A stretch of DNA of 64,000 bases. Source: the human T2T-CHM13v2.0 reference genome, Homo sapiens. Position numbers and translations under genes: made by a program. The DNA is taken from NCBI GenBank assembly GCA_009914755.4, contig CP086569.2:16640001-16704000 (forward strand), read 5' to 3'. The notes beneath the pieces are model-generated. The model was not told the origin of the DNA. It ran no database searches and saw only the letters and a list, made by a program, of their open reading frames with translations. Shown here one piece after another: positions 1 to 13,800 of the stretch (its first letter is position 1; each line of letters begins with the position of its first letter).

Positions 1-2050
1 TTTATAGTGTAGTTCACAGACCCCTGAGAGTCTCTGAACCATTTCACGGGTTAAGCAAAAACTATTTGGATAACAATGCTGAGATAACATTTTTCTTTTT
101 CCCACTGGGTTTCCTTTGCATGGACAGTGCCAAAACAGTGCAGGGTGAAGCTACAAGTACCTTAGCACAAATCGATTCAGTCATACCAAACTGTGCTAAT
201 TGCCATAGTATTGTTTCCTGCTATGCACTCATGGTTTATAAAAAGCCAGTACTACCGAAGAATGTCCCTGATGCAGCACAAAATGATCTTAACTGTCTTC
301 AACCTTAATCCTGGGGCATAGATTCAACATTTGATGTGACAAGATAAGAACTGTGCACAAAGTAGTTCTCTAGATACCAAAGTGCAATTTTGTGTGAAGG
401 AAAGCACTGTACAGATGTGGGAAGTGTGTGCTAAATTGGCCACTTTTTAAAGGATGCACAATCTTCACTTGAAATAATGACTCTTAGATAAAATATTGTC
501 TTTTGGACTTGAGGATTTGGTAGACATTTTCTTAAAAGTGACCAAAGTGAGTCACTCTGGTCTCTTTCAATGTATTCTAAACATATATTCCAAAGATAAA
601 TCCCAGACAGTAATTGTCAATGATAATCTTGGACAGCTTTCCAACACTTAAAGACTTTTCTGAGGAGATGTGTGGGATATTGACCAGTAAGATATTTTTA
701 ATACTACCTAATAAATTGTGTGAATATTTGGATGACCTAAATAAATTTACTGAAACAATATTTTGTAAATAAACAAGGCATCATGATACAAAATTATGCA
801 TAGCTAAAAGACCAAGTTTTCAATATATATTTATTGTTTTATGCTGTTCAACTGAAGCTAAGACACCCATTTGAAGCACATGATATATTCATGGATTTTA
901 ACACAACAGTGTTTTAAAAAATAATGAATACTGATGACAGATTCCAAATTTCAAATAATCTTTAATAAACTTCTCTTTCTAGATTTTGTATCAAAGAAGA
1001 ATATCCACAATCATCTGAAAAGTTATTTAAAGATTCCTCCCTTTTCCAAATACATATCTGCACAAGACTGGGTTTCATTCATAGGGTGTAACCAAAACAA
1101 CAAATGACAGAAGTTCTGTGCAGAAGCAGTTATTAGAATCCCACCATTTTCTATTATGCTATTCTATTAAAAAGATTTGCAAGAGTGTGAACCAATAGCA
1201 TCCTTCTAATTTTTTTAATTTATTTTGTAAAATGTGTTTATTTTTCCGCATATCTGTTACTTATGCCATGACATAGCATTACTCAATCTATATTACAGAA
1301 ATGTCTAAGTTTCAATTTCCAAGATGGTAAATAACAATAAATAAAATCTCTGAGCATCTTGCAAAGCTCTTCAGGCTTCTTGATGCTCCTTAGGTATATA
1401 AAGGGGTTCTGAGATTAATACCTTCAAGCTTTAAAATAGTAATCCTGAAACAGAGAGGATCATTAAAATCAACATGGTAGCTTTATATGTATGTTACCTC
1501 TGGCCCCAAGTTTTGAAAATTCTCACCCTGGGGAGTGATTGAAGCCATATGTCACTGCCCTTGCTGTGTTAAATTTAGTCACCATAGTATTTACAGGCAT
1601 GATTCATGGGATAAGCTTTACAAATAAAATAGGAATTTCATAGTGTATCATCCTTTATTAAAATATCAAAGAAGTCACTAATTTATGTTTTTTACACTAC
1701 TGGTTTTTAAACTTACTAATGTAAGTGGACATGGGTATTGTTTGGAAAACTATAAACAATCTTTTGTTGCTGTTTCTTCATGGAACTTGGTTGCTATTTT
1801 ATGTTTTTAACAGGACAGGGATCCGTCTTTTGTGTAATAGCACAAGTGGGCCTAGAGTCATTTTACTTGGATCCAGTGCTCAGAATATTAAATGTTCTTT
1901 TTCCTTTTTGTCTGTACTTGATTTACTTGGTCAGGCATAAAACTCAAATGTTGTTTATTAAGCTAGTTATAACTAAACAAGAACAGCTTGTTAAGTGCTG
2001 TCTATATAATTAAAGAAAACAGAGTATATTTAAAAGATATCATTTCTCTT

Positions 2051-2268
2051 TTTATTATTATACTTTAAGTTTTGCGTTACATGTGCACAATGTAGAGGTT
2101 AGTTACATATGTATACATGTGCAATGTTAGTGTGCTGCACCCAGTAACTCATCATTTAACATTAGATATATCTCCAAATGCTATCCCTCCCTCGTTCCCC
2201 CACCCCACAACAGGCCTCGGTGTGTGATGTTTCCCTTCCTGTGTCCATGTGTTCTCATTGTTCATTTC
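2051..2268 (-). mobile_element. L1 3'-terminal fragment (3'UTR end, reverse-complemented), about 220 bp, moderately diverged
   Basis: The reverse complement of the L1 3' end is visible: 'tttattattatactttaagttt..acatgtgcacaatgt..gttagttacatatgtatacatgtgc..tgctgcaccc..ctccaaatgctatccc..ccaccccacaaca..gtgtgatgtt.ccttcctgtgtccatgtgttctcattgtt'. It is a separate insertion from the inverted L1 at 3200. Confidence 0.8.
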
Positions 2269-3187
2269 TTTATAATTCCTGCGTTATTCATCTTCTTGTG
2301 TGAAATTAAATAAATTGAGGAATAACATGAGCATTTTTGTTCATAATCTAGAAAAATCACTTAAAAATAACAGTGGCAAGGAGAGAAGGTAAAATGATTT
2401 AGGATAGATTTACAAAGGAAAGGATTTATAATAAGTGTCTTGACAAAACAGAAATGCATTCTGGAAAAGAATTCACCAAGATTCAATTTGATTGAAAAAC
2501 CTTTGCGCACCTGCGATGTATTCTACCACAGGTAGACTATGATTGAGAGATGCATAGAATATGGTAGTTTTCTTTTTTTGCAAGAATTTCAAGTCTAGAG
2601 TAAGGATTAGGAAGTTGGAGACTATTGCACATAATTTGAAATATTCTAGAAGTTTTTCCATAACAGGACTAGAGGAGCATTGCCCTATGGAAATGAGTAG
2701 AAAGGGTGTTAGACAAGATTAGCAGCAGCAAAAAAATAAACAGGTAGTAAAAACCATAGGAAATGAAACTTTGTGAAGGAAGAAGTAATATCATCTCAGC
2801 AGTGATTGCAGGGAACCATGAGCATTGTAAGGAAGAGGGAAAGACTCTGAAGAGGCAGAAACAGAAGAGACAGTTGGGTCTTAGAATAGATTTTGAGGGT
2901 ATCACACATGTTAATCTTTGATATCAGGATTCATAAAGGCTCCTGAATCCTACTTTTATATTTTAAGCAATTTCGACCAATATCCAATTACAAACCTGCA
3001 AAGCACTTCAAGTCTACCTGCTTTTCATCAACAGGAAATGCAATTCCTGTGGCATGTTCTTGGCCTGACAGTTGTTGGTGGGTAAGAAAAACCCCTGAAA
3101 TCTTCTTAAAGAAGATGGGTGATCTTCCCTGAGAGGCCATTTCCATTGTCACCCGTGGCATTTTATTATAAAAGAGTATGGCTTTCA

Positions 3188-3199
3188 ACAATCACAGAG
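3188..3199. repeat. Target-site duplication ACAATCACAGAG (left copy) of the inverted L1 at 3200-4903
   Basis: There is an exact 12-bp match with 4904-4915, immediately flanking the L1 on both sides. Confidence 0.85.
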
Positions 3200-4385
<1,186 letters not shown>

Positions 4386-4903
4386 GTATATACCCAAAGG
4401 ATTATAAATCATGTTCCTATAAAGACACATGCAATGCACATGTATGTTTGTTGTGACACTATTCACAATAGCAAAGACTTGGAACCAACCCAAATGTCCA
4501 ACAATGATAGACTGGATTAAGAAAATGTGGCACATATACACCATGGAATACTATGCAGCCATAAAAAATGATGAGTTCATGTCATTTGTAGGGACATGGA
4601 TGAAGCTGGAAACCATCATTCTCAGTGAACTATTGCAAGGACAAAAAACCAGACACCACTTGTTCTCACTTGTAGGTGGTAATTGACCAATGAGAACACA
4701 TGTACACAGGAAGGGGACCATCACACACCAGGGACTGTTGTGGGGTGGGGGGCGTATGGAAAGCATTAGGAGATATACCTAATGCTAAATGAAGAGTTAA
4801 TAGGTGCAGCACACCAACATGGCACATGTATACATATATAACAAACCTGCACGTTGTGCACATGTACCCTAAAACTTAAAGTATAATAATAATAATAATA
4901 AAG
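4386..4903 (+). mobile_element. L1PA direct 3' segment (ORF2 C-terminus plus 3'UTR plus A-rich tail) of the same twin-priming insertion
   Basis: The plus ORFs read 'FTIAKTWNQPKCPTMIDWIKKMWHIYTMEYYAAIKNDEFMSFVGTWMKLETIILSEL'. The 3'UTR 'ggtgcagcacaccaacatggcacatgtatacatat..aacaaacctgcacgttgtgcacatgtaccctaaaacttaaagtataataataataataataaa' follows. The segment begins at 'gggtatatacccaaagg', the same L1 position where the inverted segment ends. Confidence 0.9.
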
Positions 4904-4915
4904 ACAATCACAGAG
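4904..4915. repeat. Target-site duplication ACAATCACAGAG (right copy)
   Basis: Exact 12-bp match with 3188-3199, directly after the A-rich tail. Confidence 0.85.
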
Positions 4916-5582
4916 ATTGGAATGTTGACAAGAGTTACAAAACCAATTTCCATCCAGTTTTTACCTGGAGGAACTTCATGGAATATGGTTAATTATGATG
5001 AGGTTGTCTATCAAGTCCAGAAAACCCATCTACTCTTGCCAGGTGAATTGGTGAACTTCAGATTCAGAGCCAGGGTTTCTATTGGTTCCGTCATTCCAGA
5101 AAGTCATTATAGCTAAACTTGCCTCGGGTTTTGGCGGGTAGACTCTGCCAGTGAAAAAGTCTCAAAGATGATATTTTTATGGCTCAGAATCACAAGGATT
5201 TTATAGTGTCCTGCCATTCTTTTAGATGTGAGATTCCAGACCGGGAATCTGCAGCACAGACACATGGGATTTTTTTTGTTTATGATTTGCTGGATTTTAT
5301 TAAGTTGATGCAAAAGTTATTTCAGTTTTTACCATTAGAAGTAATGACCAAAACTGCAATCAATTTTCCAAAAGCTTATTACTCATCGATTTATATTATA
5401 ATTATGTTGTCATTTTTGGGACAGAAAACACGCTTTATAAAAATAAAGGATTGCTATTTTCTAATTAACTGTAAGAAATATCTCATTTTTTCTTGGGTTT
5501 GATATACATTGTTCTATAATAAATGATATTATTGTTTGGAAGATATAGCCTTTATTATTGAAAGAGACAAAACAATATAAAA

Positions 5583-5614
5583 TAAAACACACACACGTAC
5601 ACACACACAAACAC
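5583..5614. repeat. (CA)n-like microsatellite
   Basis: 'aaacacacacacgtacacacacacaaacacac'. Confidence 0.8.
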
Positions 5615-5957
5615 ACTCCCCAAAATAAAGTATAATTTACCTCACAAAATGTTTAGAAAGTCAGGCTAATGCAGATATTCCTTTAATTCAAAGTTTTTTA
5701 AAAACTTTAGGGAAGAATAATAAAAGAAAAGTACCCAATGTGCCAACAAATTTATTTATAAAGGGGAAATGAATTATTTCTTAGGAATGTATAAACTTCC
5801 AAAATTAATCTACACAATATAGAAAATTTTAATAAGCTTAAGAAGTCTGTCATTATAAACGCCAGTGAATGGGTTTATGGACGGGTTTGTCGCTGATTTA
5901 CCTGTGTCCTTATTTGATTCCTAATTCTAGTTCAATATATACTAGTATTTCTGATAG

Positions 5958-6136
5958 TACCACAGAGTGCTGGTCGACCAGCAGTATCAGCCTCACCGGG
6001 GAGCATGTTAGAAATGACAGCCCCCAGGACCCATTTGGTGATGACTGAGTTGAAGAGCATTGGTGATGGGAGCAGAAATCTATAATTTTAAAAACTTTCT
6101 AGGTGCCTTGTGCATGCTAAAGTTTGAGAAGCAGTG
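5958..6136 (+). mobile_element. MER5-type hAT-Charlie non-autonomous DNA transposon (MITE)
   Basis: The sequence matches the MER5A consensus pattern: '..ggtcgaccagcagtatcagcctcaccggggagcatgttagaaatg.cag..cccccagg.cc...' and ends in the terminal repeat 'ctaaagtttgagaagcagtg' (consensus 'aaagtttgagaaccactg'). Several CpGs are retained. Confidence 0.6.
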
Positions 6137-7860
6137 GTTTTAAATATTCTAGAAATAGAAAATATTTAAATTATCCAAATTCATTTTAAACATGAGTATA
6201 ACATTAATGAAAATTGAATGGTTAAGATTTTAAAAAAACTAAAGTAATTTTTATTATGAACACACATGAAAAATTCTGAATAAAATATTCGCAGTCATTA
6301 TGCAGGTCTAGCTCCAAAGAATAATGTATTACAATCAAGTAAAATTTATTCCATAAATGATAAGAGTCTCAACATGAGAAATTACAACAGCATAACTGAT
6401 GATTAAAAAAAATTGAAAGAGAAAAAACACATAACTATATCAATGGGTGTCAGACAAGTGTTTGATAGTTAAAACAGCCTGTAAAAATAAAAAATCTAAG
6501 TGAAACAGATATAGAAAGCAGCTGCTTAAATATGATAATATTATTTAACCATAACAATCATCAGTCTAATAGCAAGATTCTAGAAAATTTATTTTACAGT
6601 TAAATACAGAAATGAGATATTAGCTGTCATCACTATTATCAATATTTAGTTTAGACAACAAAACACAAAAGAAAAAGGTAAAATTTATGTCAAGATTAGA
6701 ACATGAGTCAAAATTATTCAGTCAGAATATTTTTGGAAACTAATATAAAGTAACTAGAATTAAGTAAACCTTGTCACGTTGAATTAGCAACATCAGCACA
6801 AATTAAATACATAAGTCAATAGTTTTTATCCCATGATGATAATAATCTCTTTTAAATATTAAAAAATACCAACTCATAATGTTGAAAATGATTAATTCTT
6901 GGAAAGTATTCTAATAAAAAAATATTTAGAATTTATATTCAAAAAACTGTACAGTCTTGTTAAGTACAAAATATAAAACCTGAACATCTGTAGAAATAGT
7001 TCATTATCCTGGATTTGAATATTTAATTTTATAAATACATAAATATGTAAATTGGATGCATTCTAATAAAAATCCAAATGAGTGAGAAGAAGACATTGAT
7101 TACATATTCTTAATGTTTCACTAAGAATCTTAATTAGCTTAATCTCAATAGCAAAATATCTTGTGAAAAATAATAGTGTCTGTACAACGATATATGTGGG
7201 TGTGTGCTGCTGTACCTGTCTACATGTGTGTAATTCACCAGAAATGGACACTTACCATGAAGTCCCTGCTAATTAAAGCAGATAATATTAGTGAAGAAAT
7301 GGATAAATATATTAATTAAACTACAGAGATTACTGATCTATGTGTGTGTTTACACATTCATACAGATATAAACTTATGAAATAAACAAAAATACATCTTA
7401 AATATACATATATATAACCAAGGTAACAGTATAATGCATTGGAAACAAGCTGTTATGATTGATTTCTTTGATATCTACCTCTATTATGAAAAAAATTCTT
7501 TATGTCTGCATTGTTACAGGCAATCATATTTACAAGCAAATTACACAAGAGTTTGATTATAAATGAAAATATATATACTATTATGAGAAAATTGAACAGA
7601 TAAATTGTTGACTCTGGAGACACCTTTTAACCTTTCCTTTTGTTATGTAAACTAATTTGTAGTCACTTTTCTTATATTTATAGTCATTTTATTTTGGGCC
7701 TTTTGTTGTTAGTGGAAGGTGTTTTTATTGCTACATTGGACAAGAAAAGATGTCTACTAAGCTACCAACACCACAGGATTTCAAGGCCTCAATTTTGTAC
7801 TCAACAAGCTGTATATTATATTTTGAGAAGTCACAAATGCAAGTTATTGACATGTAGTTA

Positions 7861-8040
<180 letters not shown>

Positions 8041-8264
8041 TTAAGGAGAGACAACACTTTAATAGCAATTGATGCACGAAAGCACTGTAAAAAGAACGTT
8101 CAATTTTTCTTGCTCTCTGAAAATGTCCAGGCCATGTGATTTGTGCCTGTTGCATAAAACAGCACAAAATAAAGAAGTCATGGGGATAGAGTCTAATAAA
8201 ACGATATGTCGTCAGCACAAAAAAACAAGCAAACAAAAAACAAACAAGCAGCAGGAAAAACAAT

Positions 8265-8325
8265 TACAACTTTACATAATAAAATAAATACAACTTTACA
8301 TAATAAAATTTACAACTTTGCATAA
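8265..8325. repeat. Short tandem repeat of about 20 bp ('acaactttacataataaaat' x3)
   Basis: 'aaataaatacaactttacataataaaatttacaactttgcataattaaa'. Confidence 0.6.
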
Positions 8326-8426
8326 TTAAAAAAAGTGTTCAGGTAACTATAAAATGCAGACATGTTAGATTTGCTGCCAGGAGAAGGGAAGATGAGTAAA
8401 AGAATGAGAAATTAAAAAGAAAAAAG

Positions 8427-8448
8427 AGGCTGGGCTCGGTGGCTCACA
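8427..8448 (+). mobile_element. 22-bp Alu 5'-end stub
   Basis: 'aggctgggctcggtggctcaca' matches the Alu start 'ggccgggcgcggtggctcacg'. It then breaks abruptly into ERV env sequence. Confidence 0.5.
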
Positions 8449-8795
8449 CAACTAATACCACTACTTATAGGATTAGGAATAGCCACTGCTACAGAAACCA
8501 GAATAGTTAGTTTATCTACTTCATTATCCTACTACCATACACTCTCAAAGGACTTCTCAGACAGTTTTCAAGAAATAAAATCTATCCTTACTCTGCAATC
8601 TCAAATAGGCTCTTTGGCAGCAGTGACTCTTCAAATCCATTGAGGCCTAGACCTCACTGCTGAAAAAAGCTGAAAAAAGGAGGACTCTGTCTTCTTGAGG
8701 GAAGAGTGTCATTTTTACACTAACCAGTTCAAGGATAGTACAAGATGCTGCCTGGCATTTACAGGAAAAGGCTTCTGAAAACAAACAACACCTTT
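8449..8795 (+). mobile_element. Gamma-type endogenous retrovirus env TM fragment (fusion-peptide through immunosuppressive-domain region), HERV-H-like or related ERV1 internal sequence
   Basis: The frame translates to '..ITGLGIATATETRIVSLSTSLSYYHTLSKDFSDSFQEIKSILTLQSQIGSLAAVTLQIH*GLDLTAEK..KRRTLSS*GKSVIFTLTSSRIVQD', which carries the TM hallmarks 'LQNRRGLDLLTAEKGGLC' and 'EECCFY-like'. It ends where the L1 at 8805 begins. Confidence 0.55.
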
Positions 8796-9134
8796 CAAAC
8801 TCTTTTTTAAATTATTATTTTACTTTAAGTTCCAGGGTACATGTGCACATCGTGCAGGTTTATTACATATGCACACATGTACCATGTTGGTGTGCTGCAC
8901 CGATGAACTCGTCATTTACTTTAGTTATATCTCCTAATGCTTTCCATAACCCCTCCCCCGACCCCATGACAGGCCCGGTGTGTGATGTTCTCCTTCCTGT
9001 GTCCAAGTCTTCTCGTTGTTCAATTCCCACCTATGAGTGAGAACATGTGGTGTTTGGTTTTTTGTCCTTGCAATAGTTTGCGGAGAATTATGGTTTCCAG
9101 CTTCATCCATGTCCCTACAAAGGACATAAACTCA

Positions 9135-12100
9135 TCATTTTTTTATGGCTGCATAGTATTCCATCGTGTATATGTGACACATTTTCTTAACCCAGTCTAT
9201 CATTGATGGACATTTGGGTTGGGTCCAAGTCTTTGCTATTGTGAATAGTGCCCCAATAAACATACATGTGCATGTGTCTTTATAGCAACATGATTTATAA
9301 TCCTTTGGGTATATACCCAGTAATGGGATGGCTGGGTCAAATGATATTTCTAGTTCTAGATCCCTGAGGAATTGCCATACTGACTTCCACAATGGTTGAA
9401 CTAGTTTACAGTCCCATCAACAGTGTAAAACTGTTCCTATTTCTCTAGAACCTCTCCAGCACTTGTTGTTTCCTGTTTTATGATTGCCATTCTAACTGGT
9501 GTGAGATGGTATCTCATTGTGGTTTTGATTTGCATTTCTCTGATGGCCAGTGATGAGCTTTTTTCATGTGTCTGTTGCCTGCATAAATGTCTTCTTTTGA
9601 GAAGTGTCTGTTCATATCCTTCGCCCACTTTTTGATGGGATTGCTTGATTTTTTTCTTGTAAATTTGTTTGAGTTCATTGTAAATTCTGGATATTAGCCC
9701 TTTGTCAGATGAGTAGATTGTAAAAATGTTCTCCCATTCTGTAGGTTTCCTGTTCTCTGATGGTAGTTTCTTTTGCTGTGCAGAAGCTTTTTAGTTAGAT
9801 TAGATCCCATTTGTCAATGTTGTCTTTTGTTGCCATTGCTTTTGGTGTTTTAGACATGAAGTCCTTGCCCATGCCTATGTCCTGAATTGTAATGCCTAGG
9901 TTTTCTTCTAGGGTTTTTATGGCTTTAGGTCTAACATTTAAATCTTTAATCAATCTTGAATTAATTGTAGTGTAAGGCGTAAAGAATGGATCCAGTTTCA
10001 GCTTTCTACATATGGATAACAAGTTTTCCCAGCATCATTTATTAGATAGGGAATCTTTTCCCCATTTCTTGTTTTTGTCAGGTTTGTCAAAGTTCAGATG
10101 GTTGTAGATGTGTGGCATTATCTCTGAGGGTTCTATTCTGTTCCATCGGTCTATATATCTGTTTTCGTACCAGTACCATGCTGTTTTGTTTACTGTAGCC
10201 CCTTGTAGTACACTTTGAAGTCAGGTAGTGTGATGCCTCCAGCTTTGTTCTTCTGGCTTAAGATTGTCTTGGCAATGTGAGCTTTTTTTTGGTTCTATAT
10301 GAACTTCAAAGTAGTTTTTTCCAATTCTATGAAGAAAGTCTTTGGTAGCTTGATGGGGATGGCATTGAATCTATAAATTACTTTGGGCATTATGGCCATT
10401 TTCATGATATTGATTCTTCCTATCCATGAGCATGTAATCTTCTTCCATTTGTTTGTGTCCTCATTTGTTTCATTGAGCAGTGGTTAGTAGTTCTCCTTGA
10501 AGAGGTCATTCACATCCCTTGTAAGATGGATTGCTAGATAATCTATTCTCTTTGAAGCAATTGTGAATTTGAATTCACTCATAATTTCACTGTTTGTCTG
10601 TTATTGGTGTGTAAGAAGGCTTGTGATTTTTTCACATTGATTTTGTATCCTGAGCCTTTGCTGAAGCTGCTTATCTGCTTAAGGAGATTTTAGGCTGAGA
10701 TGATGGGGTTTTCTAAATATACAACCATGTCATCTACAAACAGGACAATTTGACTTCCTTTTTTCCTAATTGAGCACCTTTTATTTCTTTCTCCTTCTTG
10801 ATTGCCCTGTCCAGAACTTCCACCACTATGTTGAAAAGGAGTGGTGAGAGATGGCATCACTGTCTTGTGCCAGTTTTCAAAGGGAATGCTTCCAGTGTTT
10901 GCCCATGCAGTATCATATTGGCTGTGGGTTTGTCATAAATAGCTCTTATTATTTTGAGATACATCCCATGAATACCTAATTTATCGACAGTTTTTAGCAT
11001 GAAGGGCTGTTGAATTTTGTCAAAGGCCTTTTCTGCATCTATTGAGATAATCACATGGTTTTTGTCTTTGGTTCTGTTTATACGCTGGATTACATTTATT
11101 GATTTGCATATGTTGAACCAGCCTTGCATCCCAGGGGTGAAGCCCACTTGATCACGGTGGATAAGCTTTTTGATGTGCTCCTGGATTTGGTTTGCCAGTA
11201 TTTTATTGAGGATGTTTGCATCAAGATTCATCAGGGATATTGGTCTAATATTGTTTTATTTTGTTGTGTCTCTGATAGGCTTTGGTATCAGGATGATGCT
11301 GGCATCATAAAATGAGTTAGAGAGGAGTCCCTGTTTTTCTATTGATTGGAATGGTTTCAGGAGGAATGGTTCCAGCTCCTCTTTGTACCTCTGGTGGAAT
11401 TTGGCTGTGAATCCAACTGGTCCTGGACTTTTTTGGTTGGTAACCTATTAATTATTGCCTCAATTTCAGAGCCTGTTATTGGTCTATTCAGGTATTCAAC
11501 TTCTTCCTGGTTTAGTCTTGGGAGGGTGTATGTGTCGAGGAATTTATCCATTTCTTCTAGATTTTCTAGTTTATTTATGCAGAGGTGTTTATTGTGTTCT
11601 CTGATGGTAGTTTGTATTTCTGTGGGATTGGTGGCTATATACCCTTTATCATTTTTTATTGCGTCTATTTGATTCCTCTCTCTTGTCTTCTTTATTAGTC
11701 TTGCTAGAAGTCTATCAATTTTGTTGATCTTTTCAAAAAACCAGCTCCTGGATTCATTGAGTATTTGAAGGGTTTTTGGTGTCTCTATTTCCTTCAGTTC
11801 TGCTCTGATCTTAGTTATTTCTTGCTTTCTGCTAGCTTTTGAATGTGTTTGCTCTTGCTTCTCTAGGTCTTTTAATTGTGATGTTAGGATGTGAATTTTA
11901 GATCTTTCCTACTTTCTTTATCGCATTTAGTGCTACAAATTTCCCTCTTCACACTGCTTTAATTTCAGATATTCTGGTATGTTGTGCCTTGGTTCTCATT
12001 GGTTTCAAAGAACATATTTATTTCTGCCTTCAGTTCATTAGGGACTCAGTAGTCATTGAGGAGCAGGTTGTTCTGTTTCCATGTAGTTGAACGGCTTTGA

Positions 12101-12823
12101 GTGAGTTTCTTAATCCTGAGTTCTAGTTTGATTACACTGTGGTCTGAGAGATAGTTTGTTATAATTTCTCTTCTATTACATTTGCTGAGGAGTGCTTCAC
12201 TTCCAACTATGTGGCCAATTTTGGAATAAGTGCAATGTGGTGCTGGGAAGAATGTATATTCTGTTGATTTGGGGTGGAGAGTTCTGTAGGTGTCTATTAG
12301 GTCTGCTTGATGCAGAGCTGAGTTCAATTCCTGGATATCCTTGTTAACTTTCTGTCTCGTTGATCTGTCTAATGTTGAGAGTGGGGTGATAATGTCTCCC
12401 ATTATTATTGTGTGGGAGTCTAAGTCTCTTTGTAGGTCTCTAAGGACTTTATGTATCTGGGTGCTCCTGTATTGGGTGCATATATATTTAGGATAGTTAA
12501 TCCTTCTTGTTGAATTTATTCTTTTACCATTATGCAATGGACTTCTTTGTCCTTTTGATCTTCATTTGTTTAAAGTCTGTTTTATTAGAGACTGGGATTG
12601 CAACCTCTGCCTTTTTTTGTTTTCCATTTGCTTGGTGGATCTTCCTCCATCCCTTTATTGTGAGCCTATGTTTGTCTCTGCATGTGAGATGGATTTCCTG
12701 AATACAGCACACTGATGGGTCTTGACTCTTTATCCAATTTGCCAGTCTGTGTCTTCTAATAGGAGCATTTAGCCCATTTACATTTAAGGTTAATATTGTT
12801 GTGTGTGAATTTGTTCCTGTCAT
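9135..12823 (-). pseudogene. L1 ORF2 (endonuclease / reverse transcriptase) remnant, broken by multiple frameshifts and stops
   Basis: ORF2 homology is split over at least six ORF-track fragments (12530-12823, 12046-12537, 10857-11231, 9795-10022, 9437-9628, 9135-9392). Confidence 0.85.
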
Positions 12824-13125
12824 TATGATGTTAGCTGGTTATTTTCCTCATTAGTTGATGCACTTTCTTCCTACTATCGATGGTCTTTACAATTTGTCAT
12901 GTGTTTTCAGTGGCTGGTACCAGTTGCTCTTTTTCGTGTTTAGTGCTTCCTTCAGGGGCTCTTTTAGGCAGGCCTGGTGGTGACAAAATCTCTCAGCATT
13001 TACTTATCTGTAAAGGATTTTGTTTCTCCTTCACTTATGAAGCTGAGTTTGGCTGGATATGAAATTCTGGGTTGAAAATTCTTTGCTTTAGGAATGTTGA
13101 ATATTGGCCCCCACTCTCTTCTGGT

Positions 13126-13800
13126 TTATAGAGTTTCTGCCAAGAGGTCTGCTGTTAGTTTGATTGGCTTCCCTTTGTGGGTAACCTGACCTTTCTCTCT
13201 GGCTACCCTTAAGATTTTTTCCTTCATTTCAACTTTGGTGAATCTGACAATTATGTGTCTTGGAGTTGCTCTTCTTGAGGAGTATCTTTGTGGTGTTCTC
13301 TGTATTTCCTGAATTTGAATGTTGGCCTGCCTTGCTAGGTTGGGGAAGTTCTCCTGGAGAACTTCCTGCAGAGAGTTTTCAAGCTTGGTTCCATTGTCCC
13401 CATCACTTTCAGGTACATCAGTCAGACGTACATTTGGTATTTTCATATAGTTCCATATTTCTTCTAGGCTTTGTTCATTTCTTTTTACTCTTTTTTTCTC
13501 TAAACTTCTCTTCTCACTTCATTTCATTCATTTGATCTTCAATCCCTGATACCCTTTCTTCCAGTTGATTGAATCGGCTACTGAAACTTATGCATTCATC
13601 ATGTACATCTCATGCCATGGTTTTCAGCTCCATCAGGTCATTTAAGGACTTCTCTACACTGGTTATTCTAGTTAGCCATTCATCTAATCTTTTTTCCAGG
13701 TTTTCAGCTTATTTGTGATGGGTTTGAACTTCCTCCTTTAGCTCAGAGAAGTTTGATTGTCTGAAGTCTTCTTCTCTCAACTCGTTGAAGTCATTCTCCT
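13126..13800 (-). pseudogene. L1 ORF1 remnant (C-terminal two thirds in one frame, N-terminal coiled-coil region frameshifted)
   Basis: 13126-13446 carries the ORF1p RRM/CTD motifs. The upstream region carries 'ELREEC..DQLEER'-type sequence out of frame. Confidence 0.75.

Noticed and set aside
66-308. 80-aa ORF at the very start of the window, outside any recognised repeat
   Set aside because: It has no recognisable motif, no Kozak or splice context that I can support, and is the typical length of chance ORFs in AT-rich DNA.
2269-3199. Roughly 930-bp stretch between two minus-strand L1 pieces, considered as a possible insertion into a single L1
   Set aside because: The downstream L1 piece has its own exact 12-bp TSD (ACAATCACAGAG) starting at 3188. 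The L1 3' fragment at 2051-2268 is therefore a separate element, and the intervening sequence is simply unclassified flanking DNA, possibly an old diverged repeat.
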